Of a stretch of 64,000 nucleotides of DNA, positions 15,841-29,708 are shown piece by piece. The position numbers and the translations under genes are program-made. The stretch is from Lama guanicoe (lineage: Eukaryota), in the NCBI GenBank assembly GCA_013239625.1, contig MU054098.1, forward strand, positions 1,923,104 through 1,987,103, in the 5' to 3' direction. Below the pieces are notes generated by a model that ran no database searches, was not told the origin of the DNA, and worked only from the letters and a program-made list of their open reading frames with translations. Position 1 is the stretch's first letter. Every line of letters starts with the position of its first letter.

Positions 15841-16324
15841 TATATATACACATATATATATGTATATGGAATAGAATATCACACAGCCATAAAAAGGAAT
15901 GAAATTTTGCAATTTGCAGCAACATGGATGCACTTGGAGGGCGTTGTGCTAAGTGAAATAAGTCAGAGAAAGACAAATACTGTATGATATCACTTATATG
16001 TAGAATCTAAAAAGTACAACAAATTAGTAAATATAACAAATCAGGAAAAGACTCACAGATATAGAGAAAAAACTAGTGGCTACTAGTGGGGAGAGGGAAG
16101 CGAGGAGGGGCAATAGGGGTACAGGAGTGAGAGGTACAAAGTATTAGATATAAAATAAGCTACAAGGATATATTGCACAATGCAGGGAATATAGCCAATA
16201 TTTTATAATAACTGTAAGTGGAGTATAACCTTTAAAAATTGTGAATCACTATATTGTACATCTGTGATTATATAATATTGTACACCAACTAACTATACGT
16301 CAATAAAAAAACAATAAACAAACA
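15510..16324 (+). mobile_element. 5'-truncated LINE-1 (ORF2 end + 3' UTR + A-rich tail) with target-site duplication
   Basis: gaggatgtggagaaaagggaaccc...; ORF 15561 (VQPLWKTAWMFLKKLEIELPYDPAVPL) resembles the L1 ORF2 C-terminus. TSD AAAGGGACTGC(C)TTCCA at 15493-15509 and 16325-16340. Internal (TA)n(CA)n at ~15788-15868. Confidence 0.92.
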
Positions 16325-17079
16325 AAAGGGACTGCTTCCAGATGTGGCATTCTGTGGGGTACTGGAAAGCCTTGCATTCTAAAGGCTGTCCAGAGCAGAC
16401 CAACACCAAGCCTGCTCTTTCAAATGGAAATGTTTGTTTTCTCTACCCAGCACTTGAATTTCATGCAAAAGCTTTATCAGGCTCAGGCCTTGCAGATCTT
16501 GTCTCTAAATGCCATTCACCAGTTTTCACCTTCTGTGCTGCTATCTTGGTGCCATCTGTAAGGAGAGAAACACTCTCAAGTCTGCTCTTTTCTGTGGTGT
16601 AAGCCTCATTTGTTTGCAGGCAGTCCTGCCTCAGGCATTTTGGAGCTGGGGCAGGTGGAATCTGAATTGTTTGGTAACCCCACCTTGTCCCCAGTCTCCC
16701 ACTGAGGGCCTGATATTTCTCCCCTAAAGTACCCTGGGCTTTGTTAAGGAGGATAGTGGAAAACTGAAAAGGAATGCCGAATGGTTACAGGAGTCACGTT
16801 TAATTTGAAAATTGCTTCATAGGCTGTGGAGTTTACTTGTCTTATACAAATCGTATGCAAATATCTCTGTGGTTATGATATGTGCAGTGAAGCTCTACTG
16901 GTTACAGAAAGACTCGAGTCTAATTTCTTATTTTCTTCCTGATTTGGGCTGATTCAGGGCAGGACCCTTTCTCTTTGAGGTTGTGTGTGTGTGTGTGTGT
17001 GTATGTGTGTGTTTTCCGTTGTACAAGATTTGCAGGGGTGTCATAAAACACAACTCTGATCATGAATTTCTGTTAAAAA

Positions 17080-17585
17080 AAATCTGTTCTGGTTTCCCAC
17101 TGACTACGGGATAAAGTCCAAATGCCTGGCATTAAAGCCCTTTCATGATCTGACTCCAGTCTATCTTTGCAGCCAAATCTCACCAGCTTCCCTCTGTGTA
17201 CCCCACAGTGTCCAGCCAAATGAGGCTACTGGTCATTCTGGGAATACATTTCCTCACTCAGAATAGAATACCCTTCCCCTCACCTCTGCCCATTGAAATC
17301 TGACCCAGCTTTCAGGATCTGACTCTAAGTGCCACCACCTCCCTGAAATTGTTCCCTCTCCCTTCACCCCCAAGCAAGGATAACCTCTTCTTCCCTGACA
17401 CTGTATAACACTACTCCTACTTTTCTTCATAATATACCTGTCCCTATATTCTTGACTTGATTAGATTGCAAGCTACTTGAAGACAGTTATAACATCCTCA
17501 TTCATATTTACACACCCCACGGTGCTTTAAAGAGTTCCTGTAAATATATGGCCCCGGGTAAATGTTTGTTAAATTGAACTGAACT
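17080..17585 (+). mobile_element. L2 LINE 3' fragment
   Basis: ggataaagtccaaa...cctttcatgatctgactcc...tagattgcaagctacttgaagacag...taaatgtttgttaaattgaa; degraded L2 3'-end motifs. Confidence 0.65.
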
Positions 17586-17735
17586 AACTACATGAGGCTG
17601 AGGCTTAGGGTTTAAGGGTTCACCTCTGCCATAAACATGTTCTAGGAAAGACAACTGAATGCTTCTCTCTGCTAAAATGGGGAGAGGTACCCTTGCGTAG
17701 GCAAGTATCAATGCAAATCGAAATAAACATGCAGA

Positions 17736-17883
17736 GGGGAGAGTATAGCTCAGTGGTAGAGCACGTGCTTAGCATGCACGAGGTCCTGGGTTCAATCCCC
17801 AGTACCTCCATTAAAATAAATAAGTAAATAAACAAACCTAATTACCTCCCCCCAAAACAAAAACAAACCAACCAACCCCAAAT
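17736..17883 (+). mobile_element. tRNA-derived SINE, camelid Vic-1-like
   Basis: GGGGAGAGTATAGCTCAGTGGTAGAGCACGTGCTTAGCATGCACGAGGTCCTGGGTTCAATCCCCAGTACCTCC followed by an A-rich/ACCTAATTACCTCCCC tail. A box 17746-17756, B box 17789-17798. Approximate TSD gaaataaa(c/t)atg(c/t)a at 17720-17733 and 17884-17897. Confidence 0.88.
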
Positions 17884-18090
17884 GAAATAAATATGTAAAA
17901 GTCCTTTGAACCCTCTGGAATAATGTTATCTGTATACTATATGCATTATCATTAATATTTTCAAAATTAAAAAAATTCTTATTCAGAACTGAAAATCATT
18001 TATAACTATACTTATCAAATTTATTCTCTCCTACCACCATCTCTGAAGGCAGAAACTTGTATTTGTTTTTAACCCGAGGAAGTCTCGTGA

Positions 18091-18588
<498 letters not shown>

Positions 18589-19042
18589 TGAATACAATAG
18601 TGCTCGGTCCTAAGCTTGCTTAGTCAAAGTGGGATGAGCTGATGAGTTAATCAGACAGTATCCCTCCCGGGTCTCCTGGACCCGCCTGGCCTATCCCCAC
18701 AGTCTGTGCTGCCTCTCTTCCCTTACAGGTTGAAAGACTTTATAATAACTTTGATGCTTTTTTCCTTGGTGAATGAAAGATATCATATATTTAGGGGTGG
18801 ATTCCTTTGTTGAAATTTAGAAATCTGCACTTAGGTTTTGTCAGTGAGGAATGAAAGTGTTCAAATGCTCACCTCCTCCTTCCCTGCCATGGTCTGGTAT
18901 TGTTTTGGGACCCACATTTGTACACCTATGTCTGTGTCGCCCATTCTTGTGTAACACGAAGAGACAGGCTTGTTTTCCCCTTGATTAGCATTTAGAGGGC
19001 ACATAGCATGTGCCTGGAAGTTTGTACTTAGGGTCTTGTTGA

Positions 19043-19240
<198 letters not shown>

Positions 19241-20699
19241 TAGAACAGCCAGGGCAGAGTGAATTTCATTTAAGGGTTCTTTTTCCTGTTCAAGCATGAA
19301 GTTAGGAGCTTGTGTTCTTTTCCTTTGAGGCCAAGAAGGCTCCTTGCCACAACATCTAGTCACATCAACATAACTCCTTCTGTATTAAAACGGAGAAGCC
19401 CCTTGAAATCTCTGCTTTTTGTCATGGCTAGCTGAAAAGGACCTTGGTGAACATGAGGTCCCTTATGTTGAAGGGATTTATTGTTGAAGGCTCCATGTGT
19501 TGGCTCTGGTGGAGATGGGATTAACATGCCAGATTGATGACTAGTGCTTAGAATACCTAACCTATATCTGGGGCTCCTTTAAACACCCTGTGTTATATCA
19601 CATCATTACATGTTGGGGGTTCCTAAGGAGAGCTAGAGGGAGACCACTGCTGAGGCCTGAACGAGTGACTCTGGTTGCGGATTTGGAGGGTGTGGGGAAA
19701 GGCAGAGCTATGTCTTCCTCCTAATAGTGTTTCCTTTGTCTGGAAATACTTCTAGGATCGTGACAATGAATTAATCCTCGTCTTTATCGGTCCCTAATGG
19801 ACTCCACCCAGCTACACAATACCTCATTCTTTCCAATTACCACAATAAAACCAGCAATAAAAACTACACAGCGGATTGAGTCCATAGGGAGAATGCGTTC
19901 TGGGGAAACAGATGAACTGCCCTTATTTCTGCAGATGCCCATAGCTGGTGTCTCCTACCCCCGGCCTCCATCAGCGTGGCTCCCAGCTGGAGCAGCGCTT
20001 GGTGGGGAGTCATCAGGCCCCATCTTCGCTGGGCGTCCACATGACCCTTTCAAGTCATTCCATGCATCTTCCAGTCGGCTTTTACAAGTTTGTTTGATCT
20101 TCATTTACAGTATCCCGCTCCCTTCCTGGGTTGCTCTGTTATGCTCTGGCTTCAAAACAGGGGCTTTTTTTTTCCTCCTCATTTCCCTGAGCCTCCTGTT
20201 CCTTTGTCAGTACATCTTAGAGGAAGGAATGTAGTTTTTCTGGTGTCATCAGTGCCTAGTGTAAATTGTTGTGAAGTTGCTTTTGTGGTGTCACGGTTAC
20301 CCTGGAAGCTACTTCACTGGTGGAGATGGTGACAGCCTCCCAGGACAAAACAAAACAAAACAGAAAATGTATGGATTCTTGGCTCTGGATCTGCTACTTC
20401 ATACTTCTCAGCGTGTAGGGAGGGTATTTCAGGTGTCTTCGGATCTCTGCTGCTGGTTTATAAAATGTGCTTATTTAGTAGATCACACTGTATTAACAGC
20501 AGGGTGAAAGACTGTCAAATGGTTCTAGAAGGAAAATGTGGACTCCACCTAGTAGGCAAGGAAGAGGGCATGGCTTGTGTGGCCCCTTCATTTCTTTTGC
20601 CTTTGGGCATCAACAGGGTTGGAAGTATGCCAGGAGCCAAGAAAGCCCTCTTGAAAAGGCCCCTGAAAGAGGCCAGACCAACTCAATCCTAGGAGAAGG

Positions 20700-20930
20700 T
20701 GGTCTGATATAGTGGGAAGAGCTCAGAACAACCTGGCCTTCAGTGTGGGCTCCACTGCTTCCTTACCGATTGTGGGACCTGGTACAAGTTACTCAAGCCC
20801 TTAGAGGCTCTGTTTTCTCATATGCACAATGGAGAAGAGAATAATACAACACCTGCCCTGTATGGTTGTTCTGAGGATTAAGTTAGTACAATACTCGGTA
20901 TGTAGTAAGTATTCAACAAATGTTTATTTC
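20700..20930 (+). mobile_element. MIR SINE
   Basis: gtgggaagagc...ggctccactgct...tgtgggacctggtacaagttact...tctgttttctcatatgcacaatggag...gttgttctgaggattaa...ttcaacaaatg. Confidence 0.75.
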
Positions 20931-21552
20931 TTCCCAAGGTGCATCTGAATAGATACGTAAAGCCCGAGTGGGAAGGAAGGCGAGGCTGCCCTGTTAAAAT
21001 TTCTCCTACAAACTTAAGTATCAGTGTCTTGAGAGAAAGGGCATTCTCCTTCCCAATGAGCATCAACATCGCTCATTTGAGTTTCTGGTGTGAGGTGGGG
21101 AAGGACCTAGAAAAGCATGGGACATAACTACATGTGCCATGGTCATCTATAGCTGCAGTGTGATCCTGGATTGACCTCATTTAGAAAAGCACGGCAGTCA
21201 TAAAGGGTGGGGTTTGAAGTTTTCTACATTTGATAAAATTCCATTTTTAGATTGACTTAATATACTGTCATGAGGAAACAATGGGGAAAATTTGTGGAGG
21301 CTCAGTTGCTCATTGGCCAATTCAAGACTGAAGAAATAAAATAAAGGAGACAAGCCTAGCTGTTCTTCTGATGTGTGTGTGTGTGTGTGTGTGGGGATTC
21401 TTCTTTGGCAAGTACTTTTCAGAATAGTTTTTACATTGCTTCTGCACAACCACCATTGTTAAGTGACTTCTGAATTTACACAGCAAGTTAGTGGTGGAGT
21501 CAGTGATAGAGTTCAGATCTCGGGTGTCCTGGTTCTTGTAGCTGTGTGTTAG

Positions 21553-21828
<276 letters not shown>

Positions 21829-24800
21829 TGAACCTGGGGGTAGAAGAGGTGGGAAACCAAGGGCACTGGGGGTCCCCATTTTGGTGAACTGGAAGCTGCA
21901 TCATTCTCCAACAAGAAGGTACCACCTACTACTTCTAGTTAGAGCTGTGCTGATGTGAGTGGACTTTGATTTCTTTTCTCTTCTCTTCAAGTCCCTTCCT
22001 TTTGCTCCAGAATAGAAAGCCACCAAGGTCAAGGTGCAATTTTCATTCGCTCATTGGTATAATAAGCTAACCACTCCCCACTAAAGTTCTTACTATGTAC
22101 CTAGCCCTGCCTCAAATTAAGCCACTGACGCATATTTATATATATTTAATTATATTTAATATAATATATATTTATGTTATAATATAAATATATTATATAT
22201 AAATATAAATATTATAAATATAATTATATTTAAATTCCTGCTCTTATAGGGCTTTAAAGCTGTATTTTGGAAGGGCTAGAAAAATGATTCCAGATATTTT
22301 AGAGTACTTCAAGGATCTTGAAATCAGAATGGTCCTTGTCTCCCTAGGCTCAGTGGGAATTTGGTTCTCAAGCAAAAAAAGAAAAAAAAAAGAATCTTGA
22401 TGACTATGTCTCTTGTCATTGGATTTATTTTGCAGATTGATTTTGGAATAGAGGCAATCTCGGGGTACCTGGGACAGGATGGGATCAAGGGATAATTTAC
22501 AGTTTATGGCAGGTCAAGAGCTATAGCCTGGGTCTGACTGGCTAGGTTCTGGAATGTAGGTATGTGGTGGAGTGAAGTTCTCAGTTATTTGTGTGCAAGG
22601 ATGGAGCCTTCCCTCAACAAATGCAAAGGCCCCCAAACTGCTAAGCATCTTATTAATATGTATCTGGTCGCTCTCGATGTAGATGTTACTTGATTGCAAC
22701 ACTAAACTGTGTTCATGTGAGATAGAACTTTGCTGCTGGCCTATTATTAATTAATGTTGGATGTCAGTTGTCATTGTATCAGAGTATTAGTAGTCCTTAG
22801 ATGTTTTACAGTTCAGGAAATGGGTGTATTACAGCAAAAAAAAAAAAGATCTAAAGTGTAACTTGGTAAAGAAAATTTCACATCTCACTGACTTCTCTAT
22901 TCTAACATTTGAATTGCTATAAGAGAAAAAATAGCCTCCATTATAACAAGTTGAAATCTTTATAAACTTGAGACAAAAACAAAACACCAAAAAAGTGTTT
23001 AGTGGCCAAACATTGTACGTAGGTATGTTTCCTACTTTCATTCACTGCCTACTTGTCTCCCTCGGTAAAAATGTTCTAGTTTCTAGAAATCTCCTGACTG
23101 ACAGATACACTTTGATTTCTTTCGTGGGTGTTAAAATGCTTGTTGGAGCTGTATTTGTCGGTTTATCCTTCTCTAATAGGTAATGCCATCTAACCTATGA
23201 TATCCTTTAACCTGAATTGGTTCATCATTAAACTTCAGGTTGTATAAAATCAGGCTAATGTTCTGCTTCATCAGCTATCGAGACCACAAGTACTGCCAAG
23301 TTGCTTTCTTGAAAATGAGGAATACTTGTACATTCCTGGTGTCCAGGTCTAAGGAGCTTAGCACACACCCTTTAGCCTTTTGCCACAAGTCATATATCCC
23401 CTTCCTTTCCCCTTTTGAAAAGAAAACAGAGTAAGGGACCGGGATAGGACTGTATTCTTTTAGAGAAGGGAAAACTGAGAGATCCGCCGAGAAGTCGCTT
23501 GCTGGTGGTCACATGGCAGGTCTTGGACAGAGCCAGGAATAAAACTGGAATCTCATGACTCTTCATTCCCTAGACCCTGCTGCCTGTCTCCCTGGCTGAA
23601 TCATCCTTTGGTTCCATTCCTAAAAAGAAAATGTGGGCGCTTGTTCAGATATAGTAACCTCTGCATTTTTAATTTTTTTAAAATTGCTTTACCCATTGGG
23701 CCCCTCTTTTTCTTTTCTTCTATTTTTTTGGCCCCTCTTTTTCAACAGACTATGAGAAGCCTATCCAGATTGCTTTGAGATTGTGGTATATATACAGCTC
23801 CACTGTCCCTCCAGGAAGGGCGCCCATCTAGTTGGGGATAAATGGGGACAAAGACTCTGCAACCATCTCAGTTTGCAGCATCTGAGGGTTCAGTGGTAAC
23901 TGGTTGTTAATCATGGAAATAATATACATGTATGGAGGGGATGTTAATCTGTAGTTCCCACTGGGCAGCCCTCACTGAAACAGTTGCCTGAAATATATTT
24001 CTGGCTTCAGACTTCTGAGGCTTTTCTGGACATTTGTTCCAGAGATTTCTTTCTTGTTTTCCAGGGCTCTGTTCCAAAATATGTAGATTTACAATTTAAA
24101 GAAGAAGCTCTAAATATTGGGCTAAGATTGAATGATGGCATCTTGTGGCCAGATATCTCACATGAGCTCATCAATTATTGTTAATTTTTTAGTCCCCATC
24201 CAACTTGTACTTTTGCATGGAGTCTAGTTGTTGGGAAATTCTGAGTTGCTGTTGCTAAAAGAGATGGAACATTTGACAGGGAGGGCAGGCTGGGAGCCTT
24301 CTACCCGACAGAATCACAGAGGCGAAGGCCATGTAATGTCTTCCAGGCTCTCAAGCCGAATCACCTCTAGCACATACAGGGGCTTGAAACCACATTTCAG
24401 GGAAACTCCACTGATTCCTGTTTTCCTTTTTGTTTGAGCAGTCTGTCAGAGCTGGGTTTGCTCCTGGGTGGTATTTGTCTTATCTCCTCCATAATATTCA
24501 AAGGAAAACATTCCTTTCCCTTATCTTCAACTACAGGAATTGATAACTGAAGTTTTACTTTTGTGCTGTGACTCAACCCCCATGAGGTCTCATTTTTTCC
24601 CTGGGTTAAAATTTTTAAAGTATGGAACATTAGGGAGGTATTTAAGTTAAGTAAGTCACTCTGGAAATAATCTAGCAAGGAGTCTTCATTGTAATTCTGT
24701 TACAAAATTAGTGAGCATTTCTAAATCAAGAAGAGTATTCATGGATAGAAAATATATCCCTCTATCTGTTGGAGATAGCTCAGTAAGGTCATGTCTGAAG

Positions 24801-25043
24801 GCAGAGGGATATATCCGAAGCCTGCCTATGTCTCAAAAAAACATAATTTAGTTTTGACTTATATATGGCACCATGGCTTTTCCTAAGAAGTTCTTCCAGG
24901 GGAAACCTCTCTAGTTTACTTAGCAACTGAGAATTAGGGAAACTTTCTCAAATGAACCCTTTTTTCTAGGGAGTATTTTCTTAGACTGCTAAGTACGAGG
25001 TCACTCACGTTTAACTACTTTGCATTGCATCAAGATGGTCAGG

Positions 25044-25126
25044 TTGATACATATACTGAACAGCATGTGGTTCACCTGAAACTAATGTAATGCTCTAAGT
25101 CAATCATCTCTCAATAATAATAATAA
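25044..25126 (+). mobile_element. Very short L1 3'-end insertion with perfect 12-bp TSD
   Basis: cacctgaaactaatgtaatgctctaagtcaatcatctctcaataataataa flanked by AAGATGGTCAGG at 25032-25043 and 25127-25138. Confidence 0.8.
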
Positions 25127-27219
25127 AAGATGGTCAGGGAAAGATTATGACTACTTTAATGGTCTGAGGACCCTTGTATGTATTTGTGCCTTTCTCTTTA
25201 CCATGTCCTCATTTAGATGATTTTCCTCAAGTCCATTCCATCTTTCTAATCCTACTGAGTCTCTTGCCCATGACACTCTACTTCATTATGCTCTAAGTGC
25301 TACACAGAAATGGTGCCTCGGGTTTACAGAGAACTTTCTCATGCAATCCCAACTTCCTTCCTCTTCCAAGTTCAGCACAGATTCTCTCATGGACCCTGTT
25401 TCGCTGACATGGAGGGATACAGTATCTTGCTGGGAAGGGGGATAGCACTCTGAAGAGCAGACCTGGTTTTTGGTGATTCACTATGATCCAGGTCTTGCCA
25501 CCAATCTGCAGCTCATGCAGCAGGCAGCCACCAAGGTAAATGGTGCCTTTCCATCCCTGCCTTTATCTTTCGGGACAAGTAGGTCCTATTGAAGTGGAGT
25601 CTCATTAAACAGCAAGTCAAAAGAACTCTGTGTCTTACAGCAACCATGGTATTCTCCCATTCAAAGAGACCTCCCTCTGTCCCCCACTAATTTGACCTCA
25701 CTGGAGGGTTTCGACAGATGCCTGGCATATCCACTCACAAGGCTCAAGGCAGCCCAGGCTTCTGGCCGGCTGCTGTCTTACGATGATCCAGAGCCGAGCC
25801 ACTGCTTGGGTAATTGTTTCAGGGACAGTGGGAAAAAGGCCCTGGCAAGATCAAAGAGGGAAGATGCTGCGGGTGGGCTGCTTACTGAGCAGAGTGCACA
25901 GGAAGGGAAAGAGCGGAATGTGGGAGGGCTGGCAGAAAGAGCCAGTGAGCCTTGTTCTTTGGCTTTAGGCTAGATTGACAGCCACAGAGATTCAGGGGAA
26001 AAAAAGGCCCAAGTGTTAACCTTTTCCCAGCTGCAGTGTCTGGCAGTGATTTAGACATGGCTGTGAAAACTCTTGGTGGTGGTGCATTTTCCAGAATCCT
26101 TTCGCCACTCCACTCAGTTCTTCAAAACTAAATTCATACTGTTTCACTTCCGTTCTACCATGACTCTTCATGGTAAATATTTTCTCTCATTTCTAAATCT
26201 CTTGCCACTTATTTGATTTGTGTTTTTGGTTTTAGAGTTGCCTAAGTTTCTGCTATCACACCTATCCACACAGCACCTTAACTAGTCTCCTTCCTTCCCA
26301 ATATTAGAGGAAGATGTTCTAGACATAGACATTTATATGTCTCATCCAAAATAATCCTCAAACAGTAGGATTTTGTAGGTATAGGTAAAACTCACAAAGT
26401 GGTTGTGATGGAAGATCTAAGGGTATAACTTATGTGTGCATTTAAAGTATTTACAGGAATTCAGATAAAATACGTATCTACCTAGGAATCTTTCAGAGTG
26501 TTCTGCTGATGAATTGTTGACTTATTGGAAGGGCATTTCATCTAAGGATGACATTTCCTATATTTATGGTAGTGTATTTTCTTTGAAGTAAGTGTTGGTC
26601 CACCAATATAAGGCATTATGAGGTGGAACTACCTCTCAGAGCTTGATTTTCTCAGGTTTTTCCTATGATTTTGGCTTTTGAAATTCCCAAATTAAAAGTC
26701 TTGTGTATTTTTTAATTTTTCAGTCTCCTTGACAGAACGAACTCCATTCCCTTGGTAGCAAGTTTCTAGAGGTGGTTTTTTACTCTTCAGTTCTTTTAAT
26801 ATCTACCAGTGGACCACATCTTCTTGGCAGTGGACACAGGCAACTTGCTAATACCAGGGTAGTGTTACCAAATTGCTTCAGAGGGAACTCTTATTCGGAG
26901 CCACGGGCTCCTGGGTACAGCTAAATCAAATCAAATGGAAATCACTGGAACCTCATGGACCAACCTATAACTTAGTTGTACGAAGGAAAGGAACAAAGAA
27001 AGTACATTTCAGTTGTGACATTTGTGACACCGTGAGTGCTTGGAGTTGTGGGCAGTAGAAGGGAAGATGAAAATCAGACATGAAGGCTGGCCTCTGTGAC
27101 ACTAGCTCTAGTTCTGTGCTATTAGTCTCAATGTCCTTTAGCCAATGGAATGTGTGTATGTTGGTGTTCATCTAACTAATAATAATCGTCCACCCCCTCT
27201 ACCTATCCATATGTATATT

Positions 27220-27570
27220 TTTATTATTTATTAATACTTTACTTTTTCGGGCAGTTTCATGTTCACAGCAAAACTGAGGGACAGGTACATAGATTTTCCA
27301 TATATCCACTGCTCCCACATATGCACAGCCTCCCCTACTATCAACATCCCCCACCAGAGTGCTACATTTGTTACAATTGATGAACCTCCACTGACACATC
27401 ATAATCACCCAAAGTCCATAGTTTACACTAGGGTTTACTCTTAGTAGTATACATTCTGTGGGTTTGGTAAATGTATACAATGACATGTATCCATCACTAT
27501 GGTATCACACAGAATATTTTCACTGCCCTCCAAATCCTCTGTGTTCTGACTATTCATTCCTAACCCCCAG
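27220..27570 (-). mobile_element. Old L1 3' UTR fragment (L1MC-like)
   Basis: gcagtttcatgttcacagcaaaactgagg...atttgttacaattgatgaacc...cccaaagtccatagtttacactagggtttactctt; characteristic antisense L1MC 3' end. Confidence 0.8.
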
Positions 27571-29482
27571 CATGTACTTTTTAACCTTTTGAAAATATTT
27601 CCAAACACTTAATATATCCCCACTATGAACCTTGCAATTTTCACTAGATTATGAAATTAAAGTGAAGGCAGATTATACAATTAGTAATACATCTAGAAGA
27701 AAGCCCAAAGCTCTTCATTCCAAAAGAGCCCACACTATGCTTTGTCTACCAGTGAATAAATGGAGAAGGCTGATGATTAAATCACTTCCTTACAAATGGC
27801 TGCGGCAAATGGATAGCTTTAGGGGCCCTAGAAGTAATTTTGTATGTAGCCATCCTTTAAAAAATAAATTTGAAAGACATCTGCAGTTGTTGGAAGGAGG
27901 GAAGAGATGCCATCACGTGGTATTCATTTGCAGGGATCAGATTTTCCTGAGTCAGAAGGGGGTTAAGAGATCTGCCAAATGCTTGGGAATGGGTTCAAAT
28001 TGTTGCAGAAGTGCAGTGGAAAAATATGATGGATTGAGCTCAAGAGTATTTGCCTTATTCTTCAATAGGTTGCCTTCCCACTGTTCTTCCTCCCAATTTT
28101 ATGATTACCCTTTGAAAACTTATCTCTTAATGAGAATGATATGAAACCCTTATCTTGACTTGCCAGGCAAATACATTTATGAATATGTGTGTTTACTGGT
28201 TTTATATTTTCAGTATTTCACTAAGCTATGCTATGTTCATTTTTGTTCTTGTGTAACAGTTATTTAATATTAACCGGTCACCAAAAGTGTAGTGAAAAAT
28301 GAACTAGAACTAGAACCCAAGAGAGAGATGAAGGAAAATAGAAGGGCCCTGCCCTTAAGGGGCTATGGGATACTGCCCCTCAATGGGGCAGGGGCTTTGT
28401 CTTGCTTCCCATTGCATCACTACTGCTCTCAGATGTAGAATAGGGCCTGGCATGTGATCAGCATTCAGTAAATATCTATTGAAGGAATAAATGAATGAAT
28501 GAACATGAACACGGGAACAAAATCTTATAAAATGACTGTTAATAGAATGCACATCATAAGAAGCTCTAGGAAAAAGCAGCAATCAGGCTCAGGTCACATT
28601 ATTCCAAGAAGAACTCCTGGAGAGTTTAGGGATATGGTGAGAAGGGATGAAGAAATGATCAGACTAATACAAAGGTTAATCATTTGCATAGTAGGCCTGG
28701 TACAATCATAAGGTAGTAGGAGCCTAGAACATTGATAAAGGCATTTGTAAGAGGCATATTTAGATGGGACAAGAGACAATGAGACAATAGATTGAGGGGT
28801 TAATTGACAAGCATCAAGTGGTTTAAAACATGGATGAGAAAGAGTCACTCTGGTATAAAGAAGTGAGAGAGGAGGTATAAAGGTACCCTGGATATGTAGT
28901 AGGAACATAATCAGAGGCTAGTTGGATGGTGTGCTAGCAGTAGATTGCTTTCATTCTTAAGTAAGGCAGTGCCATAATTTACTACTTGAGGAGTCTGTTA
29001 TAGCAACTGTATGTAGGGTGGTTGTGTGTGTGTTGTGTGTGTGTGTTCATCTGTGTATCTGTGCTTACATATAGATAGGAGAAGGTAACTGAAAGTAAGG
29101 AGATCTACTAGGTTATAATAATAATGTAGTTGTGAAATAAGGGCTTAAACTATGTAGGCTATGGAAATATAAGGAAATGAAAGAATATAAAAGATGTTAG
29201 AATTAAGACATAGTGATAGAATGGATATAGTTGTCAAAGGAAAGAGGGAAGAAAGGACAATGATTCTAACATTCTGAGACTGGAAGAACAGGATAGGTGA
29301 TTAACTATCAAAAGGATATCATTTTGGAGAGAGATGAAAGCAATCTAGGGCGCACTGTGTCGGAGTGGGAAATCTAGCCCTCAGCTATGACTAAAGAGGG
29401 CATAACAGCATTAAAATATGAATATAAGCAGTTGTTAAAATTGTGGCATGAAAGAAATCTCCAGTAGTGCTGAAGTGTAGAG

Positions 29483-29708
29483 CAAGGTTTTTCAAACTCA
29501 GCATTATTGACATTTAGGGCCAGGTAATTCTTTGATGGTAGTGATGGAGGAGGCTGTTCTGGGCACTGTGGGGGTGTTGAGCAGTTTCCCTGGGTTCTAC
29601 TCACAAGATGCCAATAGCAACCTACCCCTAGATGTAACAACCAAAAATGTCTCCACATATTGCTTAATGTTCCCTGGGGGGAAAATTGCCCCCAGTTAAG
29701 AACCATTG
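29483..29708 (+). mobile_element. MER20-like hAT-Charlie MITE with intact 8-bp TSD
   Basis: caaggtttttcaaactcagcattattgacattt...aaaattgcccccagttaagaaccattg; terminal inverted ends, and GTGTAGAG duplicated at 29475-29482 and 29709-29716. Confidence 0.85.

Noticed and set aside
17736..17810. Functional tRNA gene
   Set aside because: Followed by a SINE-type A-rich tail and flanked by a TSD, with no oligo-T terminator directly downstream; treated as a SINE.
27632..28144. 170-aa ORF in intron 5
   Set aside because: TTG start, no recognisable domain or coding-like composition, and no supporting splice structure.
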